From: a virus
Length of the DNA stretch: 41,788 nt
Virus record (IMG/VR): IMGVR_UViG_3300029531_000014
Strand: one strand, 5' to 3'
Shown piece after piece: positions 1-7,366 of this stretch. The stretch's first letter is position 1; each line of letters opens with the position of its first letter. A program made the position numbers and the translations under genes. The notes under the pieces are model-generated. The model had not been told where the DNA came from and did no database searches. It worked only from the letters and a program-made list of their open reading frames with translations.

Positions 1-99
1 GAAGAAAAGAAGCTGGAAATTCCATCCCAAGCCGCCTCTGACGCCTGCCGTGCCTGCTGGAATCTTTCACTGAAAAATTCCTTGACAGCAGAAAAAGCT
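1..99. repeat. 99-bp terminal overlap, identical to 41690..41788 (circular assembly signature)
   Basis: Direct comparison shows gaagaaaagaagctggaaattccatcccaag...cagcagaaaaagct at both window ends. Confidence 0.95.
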
Positions 100-1625
100 C
101 CCTTAATCCCTTCCCACACACCGGAAAAGAAGTCCTTCACCGTACTCCACGCAGCTACAATGGCGTCTTTTGCCGAAAGGAAAAATCCTTTAATTGCTTC
201 CCAAATTGCGCCAACGGCATCTCGGAACCCTTCATTCGTTGTCCACAGGGTAACAATCGCGGTAACAAGAGAAACCACCAATGTAATGATCGCGCCAATT
301 GGGTTGGCTTTCATTGCCACATTTAACCCTTGTTGTGCTGTTGTCGCCGCAACCGTCGCCGGGACAAACAAGCTGGTGAGAGAGGAAACAATCCCAGAGA
401 TCAAGGAGGTCACTTTCCAAGTAGCAAATGCTGCGCCAATTCCCGCAACCGCAGAAATGATTGTGGGGCCGTTATTCACAAAAAATCCCACAAACTGAGA
501 GAACCCATTGACCAGAGAAGAAACATCAATCCCAGAAATAAAGTTTGCAATCTGGGGGGCAACCGCCGCCAAGGCCGGTGCAAATTCTGTTAAAAGCGCC
601 GTTTTAACCTGAGAGACCGCGCCTCCAATCTGTGCCATTGCATCTTGCACTTGCTGCTGTGCAGACCTGGATTGTACCAATGCGTCATTGTTTCTATAAA
701 ATGCGTCACTGGCTTCATCATAGGTGCCCGCAAGGGTATCCATAATGAGTTGATTCCGCTCGCTCTCTGTGGTGCAAGCCGCCAATTTTTTATTGAAATC
801 ATCTTCGCTGATTCCTGCCCAATTAAGGGCATCAGCCAGAGACCCCGTTACTTGGCCGACTTTTGCTGTTTCGTTCGCAGATTCAATCAGACCTTCAATG
901 GGAAGAGAGTCGCCGAAGGTCCCAAAAACTCCCGCTGCAATATCAGTCCAGGTAGCAATATCCTGCTCACTTCGAGCCAGCTTTGCCAGAAGCTGAGAGG
1001 CTTCCGTCGCTGTGTCAGTGTCGCCGAGAATACCATAAAACGCACTGTAAGCCTGCTGCGCTGCCCCAGCGCTCATCCCCGCAGCGTCAAAGGCAGTATT
1101 TAACTTGCCTTGCGCAATCCGATATTCTTCCGTCGTTTGATCTAAATTCCAAATTGCAGAAACTAAACCACTAAAGGCAGCAACCGCTTTTTGAATACCG
1201 TTTGAAATAAGGTCCGCAAGGACACCTTTTGCGACAGTAAAACCGTCAGACATTTTGGAGGCTGAATCTCCGGCCCCGCGAGCCTCGTTCGATAAATCAT
1301 CTAATTCTGATTTTAGTGCCGCAGCCTTTTCTTCCGCCGCACTTAGTTCTTGGGCAAGGTTTTCCGTTTCTTCCGACGCGTACCCATTTTCTTTCGCAGA
1401 TTTATTAAATGCATCTGTTAATTTCTCTACATCTGCTTTCGCGGCTGAATATTGACTTGCCAACAGCTTTATTTTGTTTTTTGTCGTCTCGGAACTTTTT
1501 GCGACCTCTTGAAACTTTTCGCTCAATCCTCGACTTTCTTTTGTTGCATCGCTGACTGCTTTTTTATACTCTTTTGTGTCCAGTGATATCTTTGCGTAAA
1601 GATCAAATAGGTTAATCGGTGCCAC
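1..1625 (-). CDS. Tape measure protein, N-terminal part (runs off the left edge and continues at 41689)
   Basis: The minus frame is open from GTG 1625 / ATT 1616 (just after GGGAGG) to position 1, as far as I translated it (about the first 150 codons). It begins INLFDLYAKISLDTKEYKKAVSDATKESRGLSEKFQEV... and is Ala-rich and coiled-coil-like. 1625+694 nt = 2319 = 3x773, so it joins 40996..41689 in frame. It lies directly after the tail chaperone pair. Confidence 0.85.
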   Translation of the reverse strand, partial: MAPINLFDLYAKISLDTKEYKKAVSDATKESRGLSEKFQEVAKSSETTKNKIKLLASQYSAAKADVEKLTDAFNKSAKENGYASEETENLAQELSAAEEKAAALKSELDDLSNEARGAGDSASKMSDGFTVAKGVLADLISNGIQKAVAAFSGLVSAIWNLDQTTEEYRIAQGKLNTAFDAAGMSAGAAQQAYSAFYGILGDTDTATEASQLLAKLARSEQDIATWTDIAAGVFGTFGDSLPIEGLIESANETAKVGQVTGSLADALNWAGISEDDFNKKLAACTTESERNQLIMDTLAGTYDEASDAFYRNNDALVQSRSAQQQVQDAMAQIGGAVSQVKTALLTEFAPALAAVAPQIANFISGIDVSSLVNGFSQFVGFFVNNGPTIISAVAGIGAAFATWKVTSLISGIVSSLTSLFVPATVAATTAQQGLNVAMKANPIGAIITLVVSLVTAIVTLWTTNEGFRDAVGAIWEAIKGFFLSAKDAIVAAWSTVKDFFSGVWEGIKGAFSAVKEFFSERFQQARQASEAAWDGISSFFS

Positions 1626-1668
1626 CTCCCATCTGAAATGGCACCGCTTAGCCCTTCTCCACAACCAC

Positions 1669-1989
1669 TTATGTAGAGGAAATAAGTCTCAATCCTGTTT
1701 TTTCAATCACTTGAGCGACAATTTCTTCCCCCGTTTGCTCTTTTTTGGGATTGTCCTCGATAAATGAAATCCATCGTTTCTTGATATAACTTCCCCCCGC
1801 ATACTTGGCTGTATTTTCCCCAATTACACGCAAAGAATCTGTGATATAAATATCGTATAGTTCTTTTTTAATCGCATTTTTTATCAGTGTTGGAAGGACA
1901 GAAATATAAGCACTTCCACTCATTTTTGGTGCTGACAGCAGAGATAGAATTACTTTGTCTCTTCCTCCTGCTGCCACGATTTGAAAAAA
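1669..1989 (-). CDS. -1 frame extension of the tail assembly chaperone (G-T-like fusion product 1669..2318)
   Basis: After the heptamer T_TTT_TTC the -1 frame reads QIVAAGGRDKVILSLL..., which matches track ORF 1669..1977. This is the classic position between the major tail protein and the tape measure protein. Confidence 0.6.
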   Translation of the reverse strand, partial: FFQIVAAGGRDKVILSLLSAPKMSGSAYISVLPTLIKNAIKKELYDIYITDSLRVIGENTAKYAGGSYIKKRWISFIEDNPKKEQTGEEIVAQVIEKTGLRLISST

Positions 1990-2318
1990 GTTAGAATCTC
2001 TCGATCTTGAAATAATTCTCTAATCTGTCTGATTGTCGTTCCTATATTCTGTTTCCCAATTTCATCCACCGAAGTTTCATTCAGTACAGCCAGAACTCCG
2101 AAAATATCCGCTCGATGCGCTTTCAGTAAAACCGGCGCCAATGCCGCACACTTTTGCGCCGCAAATGTGTACATTTCTGCGACACTCTTTCCTTTTGTAT
2201 CAAATTTCTTACCCAATTCGTCCAGCAGTGCCTTGTCCCCTGTAATGTTTGCAACGTAAGGAGTCAGTTCGCACAGGACGTCCAATGCCCGATCTGTGGA
2301 AAGTTCAGAAATTTTCAT
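1950..2318 (-). CDS. Tail assembly chaperone (G-like)
   Basis: ATG 2318 overlaps the major tail protein stop (TGATG). It sits between the major tail protein and the tape measure protein, and ends ...ILTFFKSWQQEEETK with a slippery site near the 3' end. Confidence 0.7.
   Translation of the reverse strand: MKISELSTDRALDVLCELTPYVANITGDKALLDELGKKFDTKGKSVAEMYTFAAQKCAALAPVLLKAHRADIFGVLAVLNETSVDEIGKQNIGTTIRQIRELFQDREILTFFKSWQQEEETK
1983..1989 (-). promoter_or_regulatory. Candidate -1 programmed ribosomal frameshift slippery heptamer T_TTT_TTC
   Basis: In the zero frame the sequence is ACT TTT TTC AAA. It is an X_XXY_YYZ-type heptamer lying 11 codons before the G stop. Confidence 0.55.
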
Positions 2319-2914
2319 CAAGACTCACCCGCTTCCGCTGTCCCAGCCTTAATATAAACCTCAAAAGGCACTCTGCTTTGTTCCGCAAGGGAGTAATGCC
2401 CTGTAAATTCAAACTCAAATTGTCCTTTTTCTTTTTTTCCGCTTTGCAGCTGGAACCCCCCTGTGGACAGGCCATTCAACATATGAATTGCGACAAACCC
2501 ACCATTTGTTGCCCCCGTCTTGTCTGAGTAATCTCCCACCCACCAAATGTCTTTGAAATCAGTCGTTAAAAGGTCATTGCGTGGTTTAACAAGGGTTTTG
2601 TCCGATGTGTCAATATCCGCAATTCCAACCAATGTTTTTGCAAGGTTTACATCAACGGTCACAAAAGTCCCGGACATGGTAACCTCCCAGCTATCAAGAC
2701 GCTTTAATTCAAGAACATTGACCGGGGCATTATCAATATCCTCTCCAAAGTCAGAGAATTCTGGCGTTGCAACAAAATTTACCCCGCCAGACGTTGCTCC
2801 AAGAATATCCTCTTCTTCCACAGTTCCAGTCCCTGGGGTAAAATCAGACAGTAAAATTCCAGCATTCAGCTGTAACTTCTGAAATGTAGTTTCCGGAATA
2901 CGTGTAAATTTCAT
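2318..2914 (-). CDS. Major tail protein
   Basis: 198 aa, MKFTRIPETTFQKLQLNAGILLSDF...GATSGGVNFVATPEF. It resembles Firmicute siphophage major tail proteins and lies immediately upstream of the chaperone pair. Confidence 0.75.
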   Translation of the reverse strand: MKFTRIPETTFQKLQLNAGILLSDFTPGTGTVEEEDILGATSGGVNFVATPEFSDFGEDIDNAPVNVLELKRLDSWEVTMSGTFVTVDVNLAKTLVGIADIDTSDKTLVKPRNDLLTTDFKDIWWVGDYSDKTGATNGGFVAIHMLNGLSTGGFQLQSGKKEKGQFEFEFTGHYSLAEQSRVPFEVYIKAGTAEAGES

Positions 2915-2929
2915 ATATAGTTCACTCCC

Positions 2930-3301
2930 TTAATTTAGTGTGAAATATTCCGCAGTTATATTTATGTATCTTCTCTTAATAGCTGGATCTTCCTGGTATG
3001 TAAGACTCTGACACCAAGGTGACCCACGCTTGATCCAGATAAACCCACCATCACAGGGGATTTGTACACCTCCATAGCCGATGCGCTGAGAAAGTTCCCT
3101 TGCTTTGGCGTTGGGAATGGCCTCGTCTGTGGTGTGATACCAGAGGTTTACCGTCAGCCCTACCTCCCCGCCATCCCATGCGCTGGTGGTCAGGTCATAG
3201 GTCAACCAGGGAAATACGGCGTCCTCAGGCACAGCGGAAGAGGGATAGCCCGGTATGTTGAACGAGTTAAAAAAACTATGAAGCGCCGCCTCTTTAGTCA
3301 T
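2930..3301 (-). CDS. Tail completion / tail terminator-like protein (by position)
   Basis: ATG 3301 overlaps the upstream stop (ATGA). It is the last small gene before the major tail protein. Confidence 0.45.
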   Translation of the reverse strand: MTKEAALHSFFNSFNIPGYPSSAVPEDAVFPWLTYDLTTSAWDGGEVGLTVNLWYHTTDEAIPNAKARELSQRIGYGGVQIPCDGGFIWIKRGSPWCQSLTYQEDPAIKRRYINITAEYFTLN

Positions 3302-3654
3302 AAAACTCCGGCCTCCTGCCATGCTTTAATCAACTTTGGGCCTTGTTTTGCAATCCAATCCACCATTTCCTCGTTCTGTGCCCATTCGCTGTTTTCAGCC
3401 AACCCACTTTCAAAAAGAAAAGCATGGATAATTTCGTGGCGGAGATTCTTTTGCTCTTGCAGTTCCAAATTGCCTTTGCTGCCCATCTCCCCGCGTTTAT
3501 AGTTTTCGACAACAATTTCTTTTGTGGTTTCGTCGCAAAATCCGTCGCAATCTTTTAAGCGTGTCTCTTCTCCCTCTGGAATAAAGTGAACAGTGTAGTC
3601 CGTACCTAAAACGCTGATTTTGTCTAACGCTTCTCCGATTTTTGTAAAGGTCAT
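3298..3654 (-). CDS. Small HExxH (SprT-like / minimal Zn-metallopeptidase motif) protein
   Basis: 118 aa with DCDGFCDETTKEIVVEN followed by LRHEIIHAFLFESGL. It has ATGA overlaps on both sides, so it is translationally coupled inside the connector module. Confidence 0.55.
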   Translation of the reverse strand: MTFTKIGEALDKISVLGTDYTVHFIPEGEETRLKDCDGFCDETTKEIVVENYKRGEMGSKGNLELQEQKNLRHEIIHAFLFESGLAENSEWAQNEEMVDWIAKQGPKLIKAWQEAGVL

Positions 3655-4001
3655 TCAGGCAGTTCCTTTCGTTCCGCTGTGCAGTATTTCAGGGCAAAAC
3701 TGGCGCTTTTCGGCGCCTCCGTTTCCTCTGGATTAGAGGTCACTCGGTAGGTCTTGCCCGTGGTCTTATCCTTGAAGTAGTCGTTGTATTCCAGCGGAAA
3801 GTCCCGGTCAACCAGGACGGAATAGATGCTTGTCACGCCCTCTTTTTCCGCTCTGCGAGCCTCCATGGAGGTATCCAGGTAGGGGTGGTTGACGAACTCC
3901 GCCCCTTCCTCCCAGGTGGTAGTCCAGCCGCCTTCATTGCCCGGTACACGCTTTTTCTCCATTAGTACACAAGATCGGGCGAACTCATCCAGTATGCTCA
4001 T
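3651..4001 (-). CDS. Head-tail adaptor / head closure protein (SPP1 gp16-like by size and position)
   Basis: ATG 4001 is preceded by AGGAGGTATTAT and overlaps the upstream stop (ATGA). Confidence 0.5.
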   Translation of the reverse strand: MSILDEFARSCVLMEKKRVPGNEGGWTTTWEEGAEFVNHPYLDTSMEARRAEKEGVTSIYSVLVDRDFPLEYNDYFKDKTTGKTYRVTSNPEETEAPKSASFALKYCTAERKELPE

Positions 4002-4420
4002 ATAATACCTCCTATTCTCCGCCAAGTATTCAGGCGGCCCTTAAAAACATCCTGCCATCCCACAGCCACGCCGCTTGCATTGGTAGCTTTGCTATACGAA
4101 TAACCACCAAAACTCTCACTGGTATATGGGCCAGGGACGCCATTTTTCTCGTCCCAGGCAGCAATTTCATCTGCAAGAGAGATGACCGCTTTCGGCACCG
4201 CCAGCGCCCACAAAGCGCCATCAAATGTTTCCTCGGTCATGTCCTTTGCCGGGTATTGGTGGAGGCCATCATTAAAGACAGACCCCACCACCCGAAAATA
4301 CTGCCCTGTTTGCAGGAAGGGCAGCGTAATACCGCCGTCCTGCACGGTGAACTCTCCGGAGTGAATGCCATCAGGCACCAAAAACCAGTTGTTCAGGTGT
4401 TGCAAAACTTGCTCCAGCAT
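3998..4420 (-). CDS. Head-tail connector protein (by position)
   Basis: ATG 4420 (GTG 4423 is also possible) follows AAGGAGG. N-terminus MLEQVLQHLNNWF. Confidence 0.45.
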   Translation of the reverse strand: MLEQVLQHLNNWFLVPDGIHSGEFTVQDGGITLPFLQTGQYFRVVGSVFNDGLHQYPAKDMTEETFDGALWALAVPKAVISLADEIAAWDEKNGVPGPYTSESFGGYSYSKATNASGVAVGWQDVFKGRLNTWRRIGGII

Positions 4421-4435
4421 CACGCCGCCCTCCTT

Positions 4436-4789
4436 TTATTGCTTTGCCCGGGCTTTCGTTTTGGCTTGCGGTTCAAACGTTGCCCCTGTAAAGGTAAATT
4501 TCACCACGCTGGAATCATCAACAAGAATCTCGAAGGTGTCATCCTTGGCCACCCGGAAGACAATATCTGCGTCAAACGGGATGTTTTCCTTTGTGGGAGA
4601 ACCGTTTTTCTTGAAGGTCATTTTGGTTCCTGTCTTGGTCAGATGGAACGGGAAGTAATACCCGCTTTGCTCGTCCGGCTCGCTGCTGAACTCCGTATAA
4701 TCAGAAACATAATGAAATGTTCCAATTACAGATCCGTCAGCCTTTACCTCCAGATCATCGCCGACTAAATCAGAAACCTGTTTCCCCAA
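4436..4789 (-). CDS. Hypothetical structural protein downstream of the capsid gene
   Basis: 117-aa ORF with beta-rich composition, in the head module. Confidence 0.55.
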   Translation of the reverse strand: MGKQVSDLVGDDLEVKADGSVIGTFHYVSDYTEFSSEPDEQSGYYFPFHLTKTGTKMTFKKNGSPTKENIPFDADIVFRVAKDDTFEILVDDSSVVKFTFTGATFEPQAKTKARAKQ

Positions 4790-4833
4790 TAGGGTCTGAC
4801 TGCTGGGGAATAGCGTTAAGATGTCAGACCCAA

Positions 4834-5763
4834 TTAACCCCCCGGCGATACAGTAATTTTGGCAATGCCATCCAAATACTCAGCCCACAGTTTCATGCCC
4901 ATAATGGCGTAACTTTCGCCCACAGCTGTGCTGTAATTGCCCTGGGCATGGAAGCCGATCAGGTTGGTCTCGCCCTGCACGGTGTAATTCAGCCCGAGCC
5001 GCGCAAACTCGCTGTCGCCAGGATCTGCATAATACAGGTCAATGTTTTCAACGGGAGTAGCGATTACAGTGTTCCGCGCAATGGCGGTATTACCAGAAAC
5101 GGTAGCGGGAAGCAGGAACAGGGTGGAATATCCCATGAAGTCCTTGACGTAGTTGATGCCAAACTGGGTCTGCACAGTGATGTCCGCCGCGCCCAGGTAA
5201 TCGTAAGCATCCAGGACATTCGCAAACCCGACGACAGAGGTCACGTCCTTTGCCATGCCTGCGAATTTATTCAGCACCTCGCCTTGGGCCTTTGCAAGTG
5301 CGGCCTGCCAAGTGGTGGCGGTTCCCGTCAAAGAACCAGTGTTCAGGAAGGTGTAGAAATCACCCAGCACCACGTTTTGCAATTTGGTCAGGAAAGCGTC
5401 GTCGCTCTTTTCCACGGCAATTTCCGCACCATACTTGTCCACGTCCTCGATGGGGACTGCCTTGGCATACTTCTTGATGGTCAAGTCAGCCTTTGTCGCC
5501 TGAGTAATGGTGGCCTTGCTGTACGGGATCACATTACCGGGGTCAACGTCACCGTCCTCCAACGTAACGTCAGCCGTGTAAGAGATTAGATGCGTGCCAG
5601 GGGTCTTTCGGATGGGCCGCATGATGCCCAGAATGGTGCGAAGCGCATCCCAGTTATCGTTAAACCGGGTAACAAAGTCCACCTCGCGGGCGGTAACGCT
5701 GGTATAGGTATTGGGGAGAGAATCCCTCGGATTAGTCAAGCTTTCAACTTTCGTAGCAGCCAT
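4834..5763 (-). CDS. Major capsid protein
   Basis: 309 aa following the scaffold gene. It starts MAATKVESLTNPRDSLPNTYTS and resembles Firmicute siphophage capsid proteins. Confidence 0.8.
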   Translation of the reverse strand: MAATKVESLTNPRDSLPNTYTSVTAREVDFVTRFNDNWDALRTILGIMRPIRKTPGTHLISYTADVTLEDGDVDPGNVIPYSKATITQATKADLTIKKYAKAVPIEDVDKYGAEIAVEKSDDAFLTKLQNVVLGDFYTFLNTGSLTGTATTWQAALAKAQGEVLNKFAGMAKDVTSVVGFANVLDAYDYLGAADITVQTQFGINYVKDFMGYSTLFLLPATVSGNTAIARNTVIATPVENIDLYYADPGDSEFARLGLNYTVQGETNLIGFHAQGNYSTAVGESYAIMGMKLWAEYLDGIAKITVSPGG

Positions 5764-5777
5764 TTAATTCAGTCCTT

Positions 5778-6392
5778 TCATGTAATTTGGTTTTCCATGA
5801 GCGCCTTTTGACGCTCTGCGGCAGACATGATATACCGGCCATGATCATCCTTTTTGTAAATGTCCGCCTTGGTCATTGCACTCCCGCCGCTATTTACAGG
5901 AGGTGCAGCAGTCTGTGCTCCCTGGGTTGTTGTGGTTTGGATAAAATCCGCCCATTCACTTTTGATGCTTTCTGTGAGCTTGTCCGCATCCTTGACAGCA
6001 CCCTTGTCATCCAGATCCACGCGGTCCACATCAGACACACGAAGCACGGCATCAAGGCGTTTGTCGCTCACCCCGGCTTGTTTCAGAAGTTCCCGGTATG
6101 CCTTTTCCTTGGCGGCGCGGGTCTCCTTCTTGGCCTGTTCACTCTTGTAGCCCTCAAATTCCTCTTTGATGGCCTCGTATTTAACCTTCCAACTGTCCTT
6201 CTTTCCAGCCTCAAGGTCATTCTGCGCTTTTTCGAGCTGCCGCTGTACCTCGGGCAGTGTTTCCGCATCGGCCTTATACTTTGCCACATCGGCTTTCAGG
6301 CCCTCCACGGTTTCGGTGTGCATATTGATGATCTCTTCGATTTTCTCGTCCTCAATGCCCATAGCCTTGAGGGCGCGTCTGGTGAGTGCCAT
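5778..6392 (-). CDS. Scaffolding protein
   Basis: ATG 6392 follows AAAGGAGACTGATT. The protein is highly charged coiled-coil (KADVAKYKADAETLPEVQRQLEKAQNDLEAGKK...) and lies directly upstream of the capsid gene. Confidence 0.75.
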   Translation of the reverse strand: MALTRRALKAMGIEDEKIEEIINMHTETVEGLKADVAKYKADAETLPEVQRQLEKAQNDLEAGKKDSWKVKYEAIKEEFEGYKSEQAKKETRAAKEKAYRELLKQAGVSDKRLDAVLRVSDVDRVDLDDKGAVKDADKLTESIKSEWADFIQTTTTQGAQTAAPPVNSGGSAMTKADIYKKDDHGRYIMSAAERQKALMENQIT

Positions 6393-6584
6393 AATCAGTC
6401 TCCTTTTCTTCGGCCCCAGTGCTTCGGGGGCGACTGTGATATAAAAACCGCTGTCCTCTGCGGTGTTTACCAAAAAGAAAAAGGAGCCAATTTACAAGAA
6501 ATTCTTGCAAATCAGCTCCACTTAGCCCTTCTGCCTAAACGCTTATAGACAGGAACAATATTCAATTGCTATGTATTTATTTTA

Positions 6585-6743
6585 TCATTTTTCTTTTGTA
6601 AAATCAATCAAATCTTCTTTTATTGTTCCAATTACTTCTCGCCTAACCCGAACAATTCTTATTCCATCCTTGACAGGTCTAAATTCAACGCATTCTTTGT
6701 TGTACAAAGCGGAATTTATTTTTTTAATTGTTTTTTCATCCAT
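6585..6743 (-). CDS. Small hypothetical ORF (52 aa) in an AT-rich island
   Basis: ATG 6743 lies inside AATGGATGA at the end of the gp10-like gene. It reads MDEKTIKKINSALYNKECVEFRPVKDGIRIVRVRREVIGTIKEDLIDFTKEK and is below the track length cutoff. Confidence 0.35.
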   Translation of the reverse strand: MDEKTIKKINSALYNKECVEFRPVKDGIRIVRVRREVIGTIKEDLIDFTKEK

Positions 6744-7149
6744 TCTTCATCTCATCCTCAATAATATTTCGGTAGGTTTGGGCGTGGTCGGCCACCGCAG
6801 GCTTGAGGAATGGCTGCGCCGGGTTGCCCGCTGTCCAATGCCAATTTCCTTCGTCGTCCTGATAGACCCACGGCGTGGGGCGGCCACCCTCAGCGTATTT
6901 GCCCGTTCCCAGCTCTTGGTAAATCATGTAATCCAGGTTTGTCCCAATATATGCTGCTGGTTCAGATTCATCCACTTGATGGGAAACGCTGTTTCTACCC
7001 GCTCCCGTATCTACAGGCGCCAGGTCTTTTGCATAGCCCTCGGCCTGGCTCCCGCACCGCTCCAGCGCCCGCACAACAGCGTCGTGCATGGCGTCCAACA
7101 CTTCGGCGCTGTAATCGTTAAATACCACACCACCTAAATCATTTGGCAT
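6736..7149 (-). CDS. HK97 gp10-family head-tail component
   Basis: Motifs PVDTGAGRNS...YIGTNLDYMIYQELGTGKY...AQPFLKPA are typical of the family. ATG is at 7149. Confidence 0.65.
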   Translation of the reverse strand: MPNDLGGVVFNDYSAEVLDAMHDAVVRALERCGSQAEGYAKDLAPVDTGAGRNSVSHQVDESEPAAYIGTNLDYMIYQELGTGKYAEGGRPTPWVYQDDEGNWHWTAGNPAQPFLKPAVADHAQTYRNIIEDEMKNG

Positions 7150-7159
7150 AGCAAATCCC

Positions 7160-7366
7160 CTACGCATCATCTTCTGAAAGCATATCTAAAATACTTTCAC
7201 AAATCAGGATTTTTTCCGTTACCTCATCAGGATGCTCCTGCGCTTCCTCTGTATATATGTCTCCAACGGTATCCTCTATCTTGCAGTAATCATCATCCGA
7301 TAACCTAAGAAAATTCATGTCAAGTCCGATGCTTTTCATAAACTCAATCTGTTTTTGAGAAAACAT
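7160..7366 (-). CDS. Small acidic protein, candidate immunity partner of the MuF C-terminal toxin domain
   Basis: 68 aa and strongly acidic (…EEAQEHPDEVTEK…SEDDA). Its ATG overlaps the MuF stop (TAATG). Confidence 0.45.
   Translation of the reverse strand: MFSQKQIEFMKSIGLDMNFLRLSDDDYCKIEDTVGDIYTEEAQEHPDEVTEKILICESILDMLSEDDA

Noticed and set aside
1-99. The 99-bp end repeat as genuine direct terminal repeats, att sites or an LTR
   Set aside because: It lies in the middle of the tape measure ORF and restores that ORF in frame when the ends are joined. A fixed 99-bp exact overlap is typical of a k-mer assembly artefact of a circular sequence.
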